Shown here: positions 51,496 through 64,000 of the stretch, piece by piece
How the letters are laid out: every line of letters begins with the position of its first letter
Position numbering within the stretch: position 1 is the first letter of the stretch
DNA from: Rhizodiscina lignyota
Lineage: Eukaryota
Reading direction: 5' to 3'
Assembly (NCBI GenBank): GCA_010015805.1
Contig: ML978123.1
Location: 1,426,001 to 1,490,000 of the forward strand
Length of the DNA: 64,000 nt
Notes under the pieces: generated by a model
What the model saw: only the letters and a program-made list of their open reading frames with translations
Databases searched by the model: none
What the model was told of the DNA's origin: nothing
Program-made: the position numbers and the translations under genes

Positions 51496-52524
51496 ATGTC
51501 AACCCGCCGCAAACCAATAACAACATCCTCTTCAGCTATCATCGCAAACGGCACGCCCGTCTCTCCATCCAACATGTCACAACCACAAAAAAGCCCACAC
51601 TCGCCCCTACTCCCAACACCGCTTGAAGCTGTCTTACTAGCAATATACCCCGGCACTCTTGTCCTTGGCTCCATCTTCTCCCTTCTCTCCCCCCAAACCC
51701 GAGCCGCGCCGTACGACTCGCTTTCGCAGTCGCACCCAGCCGACTCTGCACCCTCGTACTTCGCGCAGAAGAAAAACATCTTCAACGTCTACTTTGTCAA
51801 GATCGGCTGGTTCTGGACGACCATTGCGCTTCTCCTCTTCATCTTCACGCACCCCTTCCTCGGGCCTCGTGGGCGCATTGCCACTTTGACGCCACGGCGC
51901 ATTCAGAGCGTGCTGCGATGGGGACTCGCGACGCTGTGGTGGGGCGCGGTGACTCAGTGGTTCTTTGGGCCGCCGATTATCGATCGTGGTTTCAGTCTCA
52001 CAGGAGGGGCATGCGAGAGGTTGGAGGAGAGCGACAAAGTGCAGGCGAAAGAGGCGGGACGAATACTCACGCACGCGGCATGTCGAGCTGCAGGAGGGCG
52101 GTGGAAGGGCGGCCATGATATTAGTGGCCACGTCTTCTTACTCATCCTTGGGAGCGGGCTGCTGTGGTTTGAAATTCTACCGGTGCTGCTGAAACGCTCG
52201 AAAGGCTTGATGACTGATAGGGTCGTTCAGAGTGCCAATGGTACGGTTGGGAGTGTCAGCGAGCTTGACGCAGCCCCCACAGAAGGACCTGGCAGCACAA
52301 AGGTCGAGAAAGGCGATGAAAAGGTGGCAGGTTTCAGCGTCAAATTCGCGCTGGGAGTAGCGGGATTAAGCTGGTGGATGCTTTTGATGACCGCAGCATA
52401 CTTTCACACCTGGTTCGAGAAGTTCACAGGACTGCTAGTGGCCCTGATAGCGCTCTGGACGATCTACTTTTTACCGCGAGGAGTCCCAACTGTTCGACAA
52501 GTCGTCGGCATGCCAGGTGTATGA
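51496..52524 (+). CDS. SCS3: FIT-family ER protein (Scs3, acyl-CoA diphosphatase)
   Basis: NIFNVYFVKIGWFWT, TQWFFGPPIIDR, GGHDISGHVFLL and WMLLMTAAYFHTWFEK. Confidence 0.93.
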   Translation: MSTRRKPITTSSSAIIANGTPVSPSNMSQPQKSPHSPLLPTPLEAVLLAIYPGTLVLGSIFSLLSPQTRAAPYDSLSQSHPADSAPSYFAQKKNIFNVYFVKIGWFWTTIALLLFIFTHPFLGPRGRIATLTPRRIQSVLRWGLATLWWGAVTQWFFGPPIIDRGFSLTGGACERLEESDKVQAKEAGRILTHAACRAAGGRWKGGHDISGHVFLLILGSGLLWFEILPVLLKRSKGLMTDRVVQSANGTVGSVSELDAAPTEGPGSTKVEKGDEKVAGFSVKFALGVAGLSWWMLLMTAAYFHTWFEKFTGLLVALIALWTIYFLPRGVPTVRQVVGMPGV

Positions 52525-52718
52525 AAGGAGAGGTAATTCACGATTGGATGACTGCATTTATAACGTTTAGTCTTATACATAGACTAGCAGAATACCCTTT
52601 TGACGCCGCTCCATAATAGTAGGGATGAATGCGCGCCTTTCAGGGCATCTCAATTCCAACCCGTGACCGCTACACAAAACTCCAAAATCCGTAAATGAGA
52701 TGGAAAGAGTCTTAATTA

Positions 52719-53588
52719 TCAACAAGCACAGCCCTCCTTTGCACCGACATTATCCCGTGGTCCAGTCAGATTCACCCTGCTCTCCTCCTGCTGTCTCCCT
52801 GACTGACCCGCCGCTCCCCTTGGTCCCTTTAAGCTGGTCTCAGGAATCGCATTTGCGATCGCGGTGAATACTTCCGCCACGTTCATGCCAGTCTTCGCAC
52901 TCGTTTCAAAAAACAACAGAGCCTCCTCATCTGCATATGCCTTTGCCGTCGCCGCAGGTATCTTTCTTGCATCACCTTCGCCCTCCTCCCCCTCTTCGCC
53001 TTCACCTTCTGCGGCTGCACCGGTCTCTGCCTCTGCGTCGCCACCGGATGATGAAGACGGGTTCGCAAGGTCAAACTTGTTGCCCACGAGCGCAATGACG
53101 ATGCCCGGACTGGCTTGTCGCTGCAGCTCGGCGACCCAGTGCTGCGCTTTTGTGAGGGAGGAAGCCTTGGTGATGTCGTATACGACGAGGGCTGCTTGGG
53201 CGTTGCGGTAGTACATAGGCGCCAGGCTAGCGAAGCGCTCTTGGCCTGCCGTGTCCCAGATTTCGAACTTGATAGTGCGGGTTGGGAGGTTGCATTTTTG
53301 AGTGAGGAAGGCAGCTAGAGCATGATCAGTCGTGTCCGTATCTCAATTGACTTCATAATGAGGCATGGCGGCCGCAACTAACCTCCTATCGTTGGTTCCT
53401 TGTTCTCTTGGAAGTCGTTATTTACGAAGCGCATGACGAGCGAGGACTACATGACGGGATTGTTAGCTGCAATTTCATCATGATATAGAGCTTCGAGGTC
53501 GTACCTTTCCCACAGCTGCCTCACCAAGCAGCACCAACTTAACGCTGCTGCTCGGCTTTGGCGCCTGCGCGCCAGTTGAATCTGCCAT
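52719..53588 (-). CDS. VPS21: Rab5-family GTPase (Vps21/Ypt51-like); 3 exons
   Basis: [46 protein letters not shown] and C-terminal CAC. Confidence 0.93.
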
Positions 53589-54214
53589 GTCGGAGCTGGG
53601 CGGAGGTTATGAGGGAGGAGATGTCTTTCGAAGGAGGCTTGGGAGAGCAATGAGGGCTCTCAGACGTCAGTGAGTGTCTCTCGCTGTGTTTCCGCGGGAA
53701 GATAGCTGGTGCTAGCAGAAGTGTGGTGCAGCGAGGGAATAATATGCAAGCATTAGGACTGCCTGGAAGCTGTGTGGATGACGCTCAAGCGTTGCCTCGG
53801 TGTGGCTGATTGGCCAGATGCCTCCGACATTCTTGGCAGTGTCGACCTCAACTCCTTTTCTTACTCCGTAATCCAGTTGCTAATTTTATGTCACGTTTTG
53901 TTTTCTGACTGCAGTTTGCAATTTCCATCATCCCGTACTTCTATAAATCTCATACAAAGCTTTATAAACATGCAACTGTATTCGGGCGAAAATACTACTA
54001 ATGTCTTAAGTCACCAATTAACGCTTCCTCAAAGTAACTGGTGGTTATTGCACAATTGAACAAATAGAATCGTATTTGTCACAAGAAGCTCCCGAGGAGC
54101 TAATATTTACAGGTAAAGAAATAGGATTACAATTCGGTAATATCCCAGTCTCGCTTTGTTGCAAGCCTGGTGCTTCTGATCGTTTTTCGTTAACCCTGTA
54201 TGCAAAAACCACCC

Positions 54215-57200
54215 CTAGGAACGTCCAAGAATCCGTCCATATGCATCTTCGACCTCCTTTGCAACCTCAAGAAGCGTAACAATCACAATCTGATGCGTGA
54301 CGTTCGGCAGCCTGTCCCTGTGCAACCCAATCCACTCCAACGGCGGAGTCGCTTCGCCCATATCACGTAGCTGTGGAGTCTCGATGATCGGCGGCTCTAA
54401 TGCTGTATACTCATATTTCGATTGAGGGACGTTTACGACAGCCGTGATTTTCTCCTGTTGCTGGGCTTCGTCCTCATGCTCCGATCTCCCAAGAATATCC
54501 TCAGTTACGCTCTGCAATGGCCCTGACGATTTAGACGACCCGGACGAGGACGGCGGGCCTGTCGTAATCTTCACTGCTGATTCTGGCAATGGTTTACCCA
54601 AACGAGCAGCCAGTGTGCGCGTGTGCGTCCCCCACATGCCACGTATGAAGCTGATGCGTGAAAAGTTCCAGCCAACATCAACTTTGCCTTCGAAACTACT
54701 CTTGAAGATGTAATCGATACGATTGTCCTCCGGCTGCTGCCATGTCTGCATTGCTGCGATGACTTTTGGCACCCGTAAAATCGTGCCTCCCCGTGCAGAA
54801 GATGTGACGGTCGTAACGACGTCATCAATTGCTATTTCGCCAACAGGCTTGAGCGGGCCAGCTCCAGATGAATGAGGAATGGACGCAAGTGCTACTTTCA
54901 GCTGTCCGAGCGTCATGCCAAGTGCGCTGTGGATTCTACCGCCCTCGAGCGCAACAGCAAAACGAGCTTGAGCGTCTAAGGCTTCGAGTAGGAGCACTTG
55001 GCTGTCAGTGAAAGAGTTCGGGAACGCGCCCACACTCAGTGACTGGAGTGTAACGACAACGTCGGTGTGCAAAGATATTGGTGCTTTCAAAGCATCGGAC
55101 TCTTTCTTCGGTGCTGCCAGCGTTTTACTCGCCATCGCTGACGGGGAGAGCGAAGACTTCCGTCTGAGGAATTTTTCCACGTCTCGCAAGGACTGTGCGT
55201 ACGCCGTCCGGTTGTCCTGAATCAATCGCTCGAATGCTTGAATTAAGGCAACGACTTGCGACGCTGTGGTGGCCGTAAAATACGCGTGTACTTTGTCGCC
55301 GTTCAGAATAGCAATGAGCCTATCGTTTCCAAGTCCTTCATCGATCTTCACATTGTACATCATGAAGTCGAACGAAGTAATGTCAGAGATCGCGAAAGCT
55401 TGGTAGTCGAAAGCTGCCTTGAGGCGCAACCGCCCAAAACCTACTGAGGCTTGAATCCGGGGGGCTTGCCTGAAGCCACCTTCCTCACGAGGCCAAGTAA
55501 TCGAGGTTCGTACGCGGATACCGTCGAGCTCAACAAGGCCGCTCATTCTTCCGGTGCTGTTCACGCCGATACTGCCAACACCAATGCACAAGTTCTGCTC
55601 CCAATTAGAACTTTTCTTCGAGGACGCCCAGAGATCTGTTATTTTGAACGAAGAACGTCCAATTGCCTGACCCAAGTCAAGGTCAACGCTCATCTCTTCA
55701 ATCTCTATCGTGGCCGTCCATGGGAATGCAGCAGCAGCAGATACCTGTTGATAGCGCTGCACAAGATATTCCTGCGGGGCCGCTGTAGTCTCGACCGGCT
55801 TGGGCGGCTCTTCCGGAACCTGTCTGATTTCCTGAGGGAACCAGATCTCTCTGAATAATAGGAAGTCCTGGAGCTGCCGTGCATTCACTTGGGTACGCAT
55901 TGGACTAATCTTGAGAATTGCAGATATCCCTGCAGTGCCACTGAGATGTTTGCTGTTGATAAGCGACAGAACGATTGAGTCTGCGTCGAAGCTGAATGTT
56001 GATTCCCTCGAGTATACATGCTGTACGGATGCTTGGAAATTCTCGACAACTGCGGCCAAGGCGAAGAAATGATTCTGCTCACTGGATCTCACGCTGTTGA
56101 CGGTAATGTAAATGTCTTCGAAGCGCGTGGTTGCAGCAACACGAGCAACAGGTTGGCAGCTGAGGCTGAATTCCTGTTTGCACACTCGCACGCCAATATT
56201 GAGTTGTGTCTTCCCCAAGACGGCGGAAGGGTCAGCCGTGAGAATCTCAGAGTCCTCAAGGAACTTTTGCGGAGGCTTTGGAGGCGGCTTGGGAGACCCG
56301 GTATCAGACTGTCGGACAACTTCCTTCACAGTGTCCGATATCTCAATGATCAACGGCACAATTGTCGGATATAGTGTGTTTGACGAGGCGTCTATTCGGA
56401 GCTCCACATTGAGAGAGGACTCGGGTGCTTCCTTAAATTCAACCTTCAATGCTAAGCCTGGAGTCCGTACAGATGCACTTGTGATATTGCTGTCATCGAT
56501 GAATTGCCCGTATTTGCCTTTATCATGTGGCCGACCGGTGGATAGCACTCCAATACCAAATTGAGACTGCGACACTTTGCGATCTTGCAAGTGGATTGTT
56601 GCACCGGCAAAATCCGCATCTACCACCAACGAAGCAAGACGTTTGTTGCCGAAAGGGTTCTTCCGTGGGCTTCCTGTTGATGTGGGGGTGCTTTGCCATG
56701 TAGAAGAAGCTGTTTGGAACTTCTCGACAGCAAGAGTGATTGACCGCTGTATCATGCTTGCAGGCAGAACAAATTTAGGTTCGAGTTGAATGTCTAAGGG
56801 CTTCCCTGCAGCATGGAACCACAGACTTCGATCCGCTAAGCCGGAGCGATGCGCGACATTGAACACGACTTCTGGCAGAAGCGCGGAATTCCAAGGTCGG
56901 GCTGAGGATGGCAATGCAGACATATGCATGAATGCCAGCTGCATATCGAGTATGGCAAGCCTTGCTTTTTCTTCAGACTTCGTAGCCAAGTCTATGGTAC
57001 GAATTGAGAACACAAGATCTTCGCCTTCGTACCCATGAAGGATGGGCACCGAATTGCCAACGATCCATCTGATCTGGATGTCTAGAAGCTTCACGCTGAT
57101 GGAAGACCGGAACACCATGCTAGACTGATTACTGTCTCCATCCTTCTCAGAGCGAGCTTCCTTAAACGCGACCATGGATGCCTGTCTTTTCGGCCGCTGT

Positions 57201-60200
57201 AAGCGCTGCAAGTAGCGGCGTTCTCTTGAGAGATCCAATTCTTTGATTCTGTCTTGAAGGTGATTGACAACATCAACCACTGCTGAAGCAGTCTCTGCGA
57301 ACAAATTGACATGCAGGCCTTGGCTTACAACGTCAAAGTCATGCTTCGCGAAGCCTCGTTCGTCAACTGAAACTTTGCAGTTTACTGAAGCGGAGACGGA
57401 GACATTACCACAATGACGTTCCCCTGCTTTGTCTGTGACAGAGAGGTCTGCAAAGACGCGCCGGACGCTTGCTTGAATATTTGGTAACGGAAGAGCGTCC
57501 GATCCCATGGGGTCTGAATTGGAAACATAGACTTGGCTGCGCCCCAATCCGAACGATAGCTTTGCCGCAGCATGGTTTGCTAAACTATGTGCAGCTGCTG
57601 TCACCTGAATTCCGGCTAGTACACAACTGATCTGATATTCGACGGCCAGTGACGACACGGTTGGGCTCGATGGTGGACTTAGACTAGATTCCGGGAAGAC
57701 TTGCTGGTACCTCCTCTGTACGGTTCCAATATCTGCTTTAATTGTGTCGAATGTTTGGCTGAGCTCGGGTCTTCTGAACGTCTCCATCAGTCCATGGAGT
57801 GCCGAGGCATCAATCTCAATTACTTCTACAATGACCGACGCAGATAGGCTAAGTCGCTGGGCGTTTTGAGTAATGAAAAGTTGCGCGTTGACTGGAGGTA
57901 GTTCAACAACAGCAATGGTATGGGACTCCCCGTTTTCGCCACTCCGAAGGTAATGCTTATGCCGGTCAAGATCAGTATCGACTTTAAGGGCGAAATTTTG
58001 TTTCAGATCCGGGATAACCGACAGTCTTCCAACCTTTCCAGCAAAGGAGTATGATAGCGACTGTAACAACGCAAATTCGATTTGATACGAGGCCATCTCT
58101 AGCGCAATCGTAATCTGGGGTAGTTCCTTTCCTCGTGAGGGCGTTGGAGGTGCCGGGCATGGATTGTTGCTTCTGAATGTATTGAACATTTCGATCTGTT
58201 GCTTTAAAGATGACGCCTCATCCCGAAGTACAGCATCGACAACCTCGATCAAACCAAGGATCTCTTCTCGGCCATGTACGAGAACAGTCCTTGCCGTTCC
58301 GACAACCTTCACTTCTTCCGAACTTTTGGCACCTGTCGCTGAGGAGTTCTGCGCCACGACGAGACTTGGATCTCGGCTCTGGAGTCGAAGTAGGTGACCA
58401 CTGCGTGAATGTAGATCTGCCGTTGCAGACTTTGCAACCAATAGAGCGCTCATGGACTGTTCGCTGTTTGCCGAAACCTTCTCTTCCCCCACTAGAGACA
58501 GCTTCAGATCAGTCGCGACATTCTGGCCACGGAGATTAATTGTGTCGAAACTGAGGACAGTTGTATCCATTGAGATGACGACCTGTACTTTCGAATTGCC
58601 TTTGGGGAGAACCGGAGTTGGGCTGCTTCCGTTTTCAGCAAGCAAAGCGGCATGATACTTTTCATTTTGCAGAATGACTTCACATAAAGTCTCTGCTAAT
58701 TCAACAATTTCCCAGTTCAAATGAAGTCTAGTAGATTTCGAGACCACTTGAACTAACGTTGCTTTGAGCGACGGCTCAGTTTCCAGCATTAAGCCGCTCG
58801 GTGCGCGTGGCGGAACCAACGAAACAGCAACTGCGAGATCGTTCATGGAGAAACTGCTCTGTTTTGGTCCGGGATCAAGGACAAACGCCACATTACCGGA
58901 CCTGATAGCCAAGTCCAATGGTTGATCCTTGCTAGGTGTAGCGTCGCTGGGTTCCTGCCCAGGTCCGTACACAATCCGGAATGCAATACTATCTTTTACG
59001 TGAGAGAGATCCCAAGCGCGCCACCTGTCCCAGGTATCAATCACCGTCTGCTCCGAGTTAGGCGAAAGAGTGAAGGAGTCGCTTAGCATTGACTCTGAGA
59101 GTATCCTTAACTCCTCTTCGGATTGTGATACGAGGATGTTACGAAATCGAGAAATGATCTTCCATGAGTCATGCTGTCTAACATGGCCGTGACTGGAGCG
59201 GACAGCGTATGTCGGTCGCGTAAGGAAGGCTGGATCTGCAACATCTCCACCAAGCACGGTAAGATGGTATACCAAATACTTGAGCCGCTTCGTTTGCTGC
59301 GCTTGGAGCTTTTGGGAACGAGCCACGATTTGCTCTACTAACATCGTAGTCCTATCGACGAGTCCTGTCAAGTATTCCACCTTCCGACTAGATGATCCCA
59401 ATTGGAGGGCTCTGAATGAGAGGTTGACCGATAAGCTATTGCGTGACACAAGCCAGAGCAGAATCTCAGTTATCTGCAATTGCGTGACTACGTCATTTTG
59501 CCCGTCATTAGAGAGCTCTCGGAGAGAGACTGTGATCTTATCGAGGAGTACATGTACTGATAACAAGTTCTTCGTTTTGTGCTCTGCAGGGTGGGCCACC
59601 GTTCGAACCGTGACGGTAGAGGGAGCAAACGATGTGTCGAATTGATCTTTGCCCGTGTCAAAGTGATTGACAAAGCGAGCTATGAACGCAGGAAGCTTGA
59701 CGGACAGGTCAAGAGATTCGCCTTTGCCTTTCGTGCGCTTGTCGTGAGCTGCTATCCGTGCCAAAACATCCGCGTGGTATGAGTCCAAGACATCTTCAGG
59801 CTTTTGTGGTTGCACAAGCGTCAGAGCGTTGATAGCACAAGTCAACGCCCCAGGTGAGACAAGACAACGTAGACCAGAACTAACCCGCACGATAATGCTC
59901 GTGTGTTCGAAGGATTCGTCGAAGATGTCAGTAGTTCTGTCATCGAAGAACAGTGTGGTATCACCATTGCCCGATTCAGTACTACCTGTTTTATTGGGGA
60001 GATCTGGAACTTCAGAGAGATCGAGATCAACGTTGTCCATTGGATACGTAGGGGCTGCAATTGGACTAGAAAACGCCACTGTTGTGTGGCTACTTTCTGA
60101 CTGCTGGATGTTTTCATCAACGGAGCCCTCATTCGGCCTCGCGGAATCTGATGCTGCTTGCAAGGTTGAGACTTTCGAAAACCTACTCGACTGTCGGGCT

Positions 60201-63200
60201 GAACGATCTCGTTTCTGCCGACCGAGGCCTGTCCGAGAACGTACGACTGATTCTGCCAAGCTGCCTTCTGATGCCCTCCGACGTAACCTCCTTTTGGGGA
60301 CGAAGTATGACGAGGCGACGGAGGAGGGCGCGGATCTACCTCTTCCAAAAGTCGATGCAGAAGAAGAAGCTTCACTTCCAGCACCAGAAATGGACGGCTC
60401 GGAGGCGACTGGTGCTGGTAAAGATGGCAGCACACTGGCTGGAGGCTCAACAAGCGCAGTTGCTTCAGCTTGACGACTTGCGGAATGTCCCTTATCTGCA
60501 AGAATTAGAAACTGAGCCCGTTGTGTACGCTTGTCGTGCAATCTGAGATGGGCCTGCTGTAAAGATCGTTCATGTTCGAAATTGGCCTTCCGCTGGAGGA
60601 CATTTAAGGTCACAGAAGTCTGTAGGTATGCATGTGTCCTAACCTGCTGTCTCTGTCGTGAACGACCTGAATGACGTGAAAGAGAGCGGCGATCAACACA
60701 TGCTACGACAATATCTGGCACTATAACATTGACGCGCCCAGAAAACAATTGATTGGCCCAGTCATTGAACTCGACACTTGCAGGTTTTAGATCAACGAGG
60801 ATTGCATCCTCATCAACGTGGAGCCAGAGGTGAATTGATGCAGTCCTGAGCTGCAAGAACGTAATAGCGTGAAGAACGATCGGATTCGCAACCGGCAGCG
60901 TATTTTCGGCGTCACCGAAAGCAACAGGCGATGCTTGGGCGACCTTAGCAAGGATGCTGAGAAAGTCTTCGAGGCACTCGCCCGATATGTCGCCCACATC
61001 GACGTCCCAGTTTTCCACGTATGCTGGCTCGACAGGGGGTAAGCCGAAAAGTCGGTTGCCCATGAGATGGACAGAGTCGATGAATATTTGTGTCTGTCCA
61101 GTTGAATTCTGCGGCACATCTTGGTCGAACGTCACATTGCCCAGAGACACGCTAAGAGGGCTAAGGTCTAACATGAGATCCATGTAGTAATTTGTGATGC
61201 GCAGATCGACTGTAGCGTAAGGGACGTCGATTGTGACATTGTCCGAGGCATTGTAAATATTGGACGGAAGGGCAGCACTTGCATCATCCACGACGATAGA
61301 GAGAATGACGTCCAAGTCGTTCCCTCTATTCGAAATTTTATCCGCCTCGAACTCTCCAAGTGCATCGCCCTCGACGATCATCTGCTGGTATTCTTCAAGC
61401 GTTCGGAAGTGGAGGTCATCGCCAAAGTAATTCTCTTTGATCCTCACAAAGTGGTGTGCGAGGAAGCCATACATCAGCAGGAAGAATTTTGAGCCATGGA
61501 TATCAAAAACCAAAGTGTCGGTAAGTGCTATCGAAGTGTCTGTGAAGGCGGTGTGACTTCCTCGCAAGGTGACTTCTTCGAGAGTTGCGACTTTCCTGTA
61601 CGGGGCAAACGTGCCCATGGTGGTCTTTGGAGGCATGCATGTGTCCAGACCGAAGTCCAAACCTTTCACGTTGAAAGGTATCTCGTTCTTCACAGGCCGG
61701 TAACGGTCAAGCGGTATCCTAACATCACCGAAAAGTCTTTGTCCATGCAGAATGACAAAAGTATTATCTTCAAAGCTTGAGGGCTCATTGATGATGTTGG
61801 CATCGTTTGTGTTCAAATACAGCTTGAAGTTCTGAAAGTCAAGATTGAGGCTGTAGACGAAAGGCACAAAAGTGAAATAGTCCGGTGGTGGCCCCGAGCT
61901 CCAATCGAGTATCATGTCCGTGAGCAAAAACAGATGGTCTCGGAGTATAAAGATTTCGAGATCTCTGCTCGCAATGTCGAAGCGCCATTTTCGGAGAGCG
62001 TTCCAGCCGAGAGGATACGAAAGGTCGCAATCGAGGCCAAAGCTCCCAGATCGCCACAGTAATCCATGATTGACACTGGAAGATAATTCTGTGCCACGAA
62101 TATCTCCGATCAGAAAGCTGCGAAAGCCATCTTTGCGAGCATACACATCCATGTTGTAGTTGATTGTCGTGTCTTTGAAGACTTTGATATCAATCCAAGC
62201 AAAGGGGCGCAGATTTGGTGCAGCACCCGTCTTGTCTCGATGTCGGAAACGTCGTCTGCTCTTTGCTTTTCCATTCTTTTCTTTCCCGGATTTATGACTT
62301 GAGACCATGTTCTCCGCTTGGCCTTTCCATTTCCAGTCTTTTGAGTTTTCTCGAAAGGGAATTCGGAGGGTAACATCTTCTTCGACGCACATATATAGCT
62401 TGAAAACTGAATTGACTCGATACTGTCCAGCTCCCAGCCTCTTAGAAGGGACAGCGTCCACGTAGGTAGGTGGAAAGAAGATTGATTGGAAATTGATTCT
62501 CTGACGATCAGCCCACGGCCCATAGTTTACCGTGCCACCGTGAACATGTAAGTTCATACCATACTCCGGCGGTAGCGTGCCATTCATATCCTCAGGATCA
62601 GCTGGTGCGCCCGCCGCCATATCGTCTGACAGGCTGCTCACAGGTCCCGGAACATCCCAATAGAACGAGAATTCGATCCTGCTAATATCGGCTATCGTAG
62701 ACGACTTGGCGTATTCTATTGGGTCCCACTCGTTGTGCTCATCGCTCTTTTCATCATCAAGATATCGAGACAACCCGATCCATCGCTCCTGGCCTGGAAG
62801 CAGAGGTGACACACTGGTCATGCGAAACTTTGTCTTCTCCGCAACTCTAGTTGCAACAGATTCAAAGGATTTCCGGAACGAAGGCGACAGTCGCTCTAGA
62901 AAATGCCACGCTTTCTTCGGCCGACGAAGATATTTGCTAGATTTCTTTCCATCCCCAGGGGGGCCATTGAGAGCCTCATCCTTCAATCTCACTGCTGTTG
63001 CCAGCTGCATTTCTTTGAAATCAGGATTGGGTTTGATCGTAATGACAGGATGTATTACGTCGAACTGGAATATTTGCTTGTAGATGTCGAGGGGTCCGGC
63101 ATGACCAGCTTCAAAGACGCCACTGGCACTATCAATCTTTGCCGTTAGAATGGACTTGGTATTTTCATTTCCCAGAACAGCAGCAGCCTTGTTGCATTCG

Positions 63201-63992
63201 ACATATATGGGGAAGAGGCGCAAGAAAGCTGGCAATGGAGGCTTTCGGTAAACTGCATGCGCATGATGTCCAGGTCCCGCATCATCGGATAACGGAGATT
63301 CCTTTTCTTCGCTGGAGCTCGAGGTAAAGGGTGAGATGACCTCGGGCTTCTCAGAATCGTCGAAGTGGGTTTGTACATTTCCATTTGCCCGTACTACGTT
63401 TTCAATGATAAAATCGTAGGCAGGGCTCCTGTTGTAAAGAAACGCCTCCACGCCCGAGACCTTGATCTCAATCCGACATGGCAATGACTTGTTTGTCTGC
63501 GAACCACCCTTCTCTATGCTATCTGCATCCTTGCTGTCCTGGCTATTCGAAGTGCCACGGCTGGTCGAGCGTCCTGTCGGCTTCTTCGTGTCTGCTGCGG
63601 TATGGACCTCGGCTTCCCGAACCCTGCTAAGCCAGTATCGCCAGGTGATGAAGCCTCCATGAACAAATATAGTCTCATTGTGGGCATGGTAGCGAAGGTC
63701 TTTGAAGAAGATGCGGCCTCCGAGGAAGGATATCTGGAGGGCTTGGATATCAATGTACGCGCGATACGCTCGCCATGTATACGCTCTGATGCCGTAGGAG
63801 ACGAGAGTGCTGAACAGTCGGTTGAAGTAGAAGAGGAAGAAGATGGTGAGAATTCCGCAAGTAAGCAATTCAACCAGGAATACCCTATAGAATCGTTAGC
63901 GATGTAAGCCAGATGAGAGGGACAGAGCATGGTTACCAGTTGAAGCTCGACTCGCCGTTCAACGGCTGGGAAATCAGACCTCCGCCCGCCAT
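54215..63992 (-). CDS. CSF1: Csf1/BLTP1 bridge-like lipid transfer protein (~3240 aa); 2 exons
   Basis: Start MAGGGLISQPLNGESSFNW|VFLVELLTCGILTIFFLFYFNR, NYGPWADRQR, and C-terminal IETPQLRDMGEATPPLEWIG. Confidence 0.93.
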
Positions 63993-64000
63993 GCATGCTA

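Noticed and set aside
54444..63907. Many + strand ORFs within CSF1 (and similar ones antisense to other genes)
   Set aside because: Antisense shadow ORFs of long coding sequences.

Overview
Eukaryotic, intron-containing DNA from a filamentous ascomycete (GT..CTRAC..AG introns, Pezizomycotina-type genes). It holds about 18 protein-coding genes: AP-1 gamma adaptin, an intracellular GH5, an FMO, Spo71, a HeLo-like/ankyrin protein, an alpha/beta hydrolase, PRPP synthetase, a GNAT, an LSH/DDM1 remodeler, a GH28, an NmrA-like protein, an RBM26-like protein, a Ctk2 cyclin, SRP68, a FIT/Scs3 protein, Rab5/Vps21, Csf1, and one microprotein. There is also a U2 snRNA on the minus strand. Two items are absent from the ORF track. 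(1) A ~210-nt structured non-coding unit at ~15.97-16.19 kb has a complete U6-type RNA polymerase III layout (TATA, intragenic A box, T8/T9 terminators, downstream B box) and matches no Pol III RNA family I recognise. (2) A 54-aa C1-like zinc-finger microprotein gene at 30.64-30.81 kb appears to have introns in both UTRs. The 14.2-24.7 kb region is gene-poor and contains what may be decayed gene relics. All calls were made by eye and no searches were run. Exon boundaries are inferred from splice consensus.
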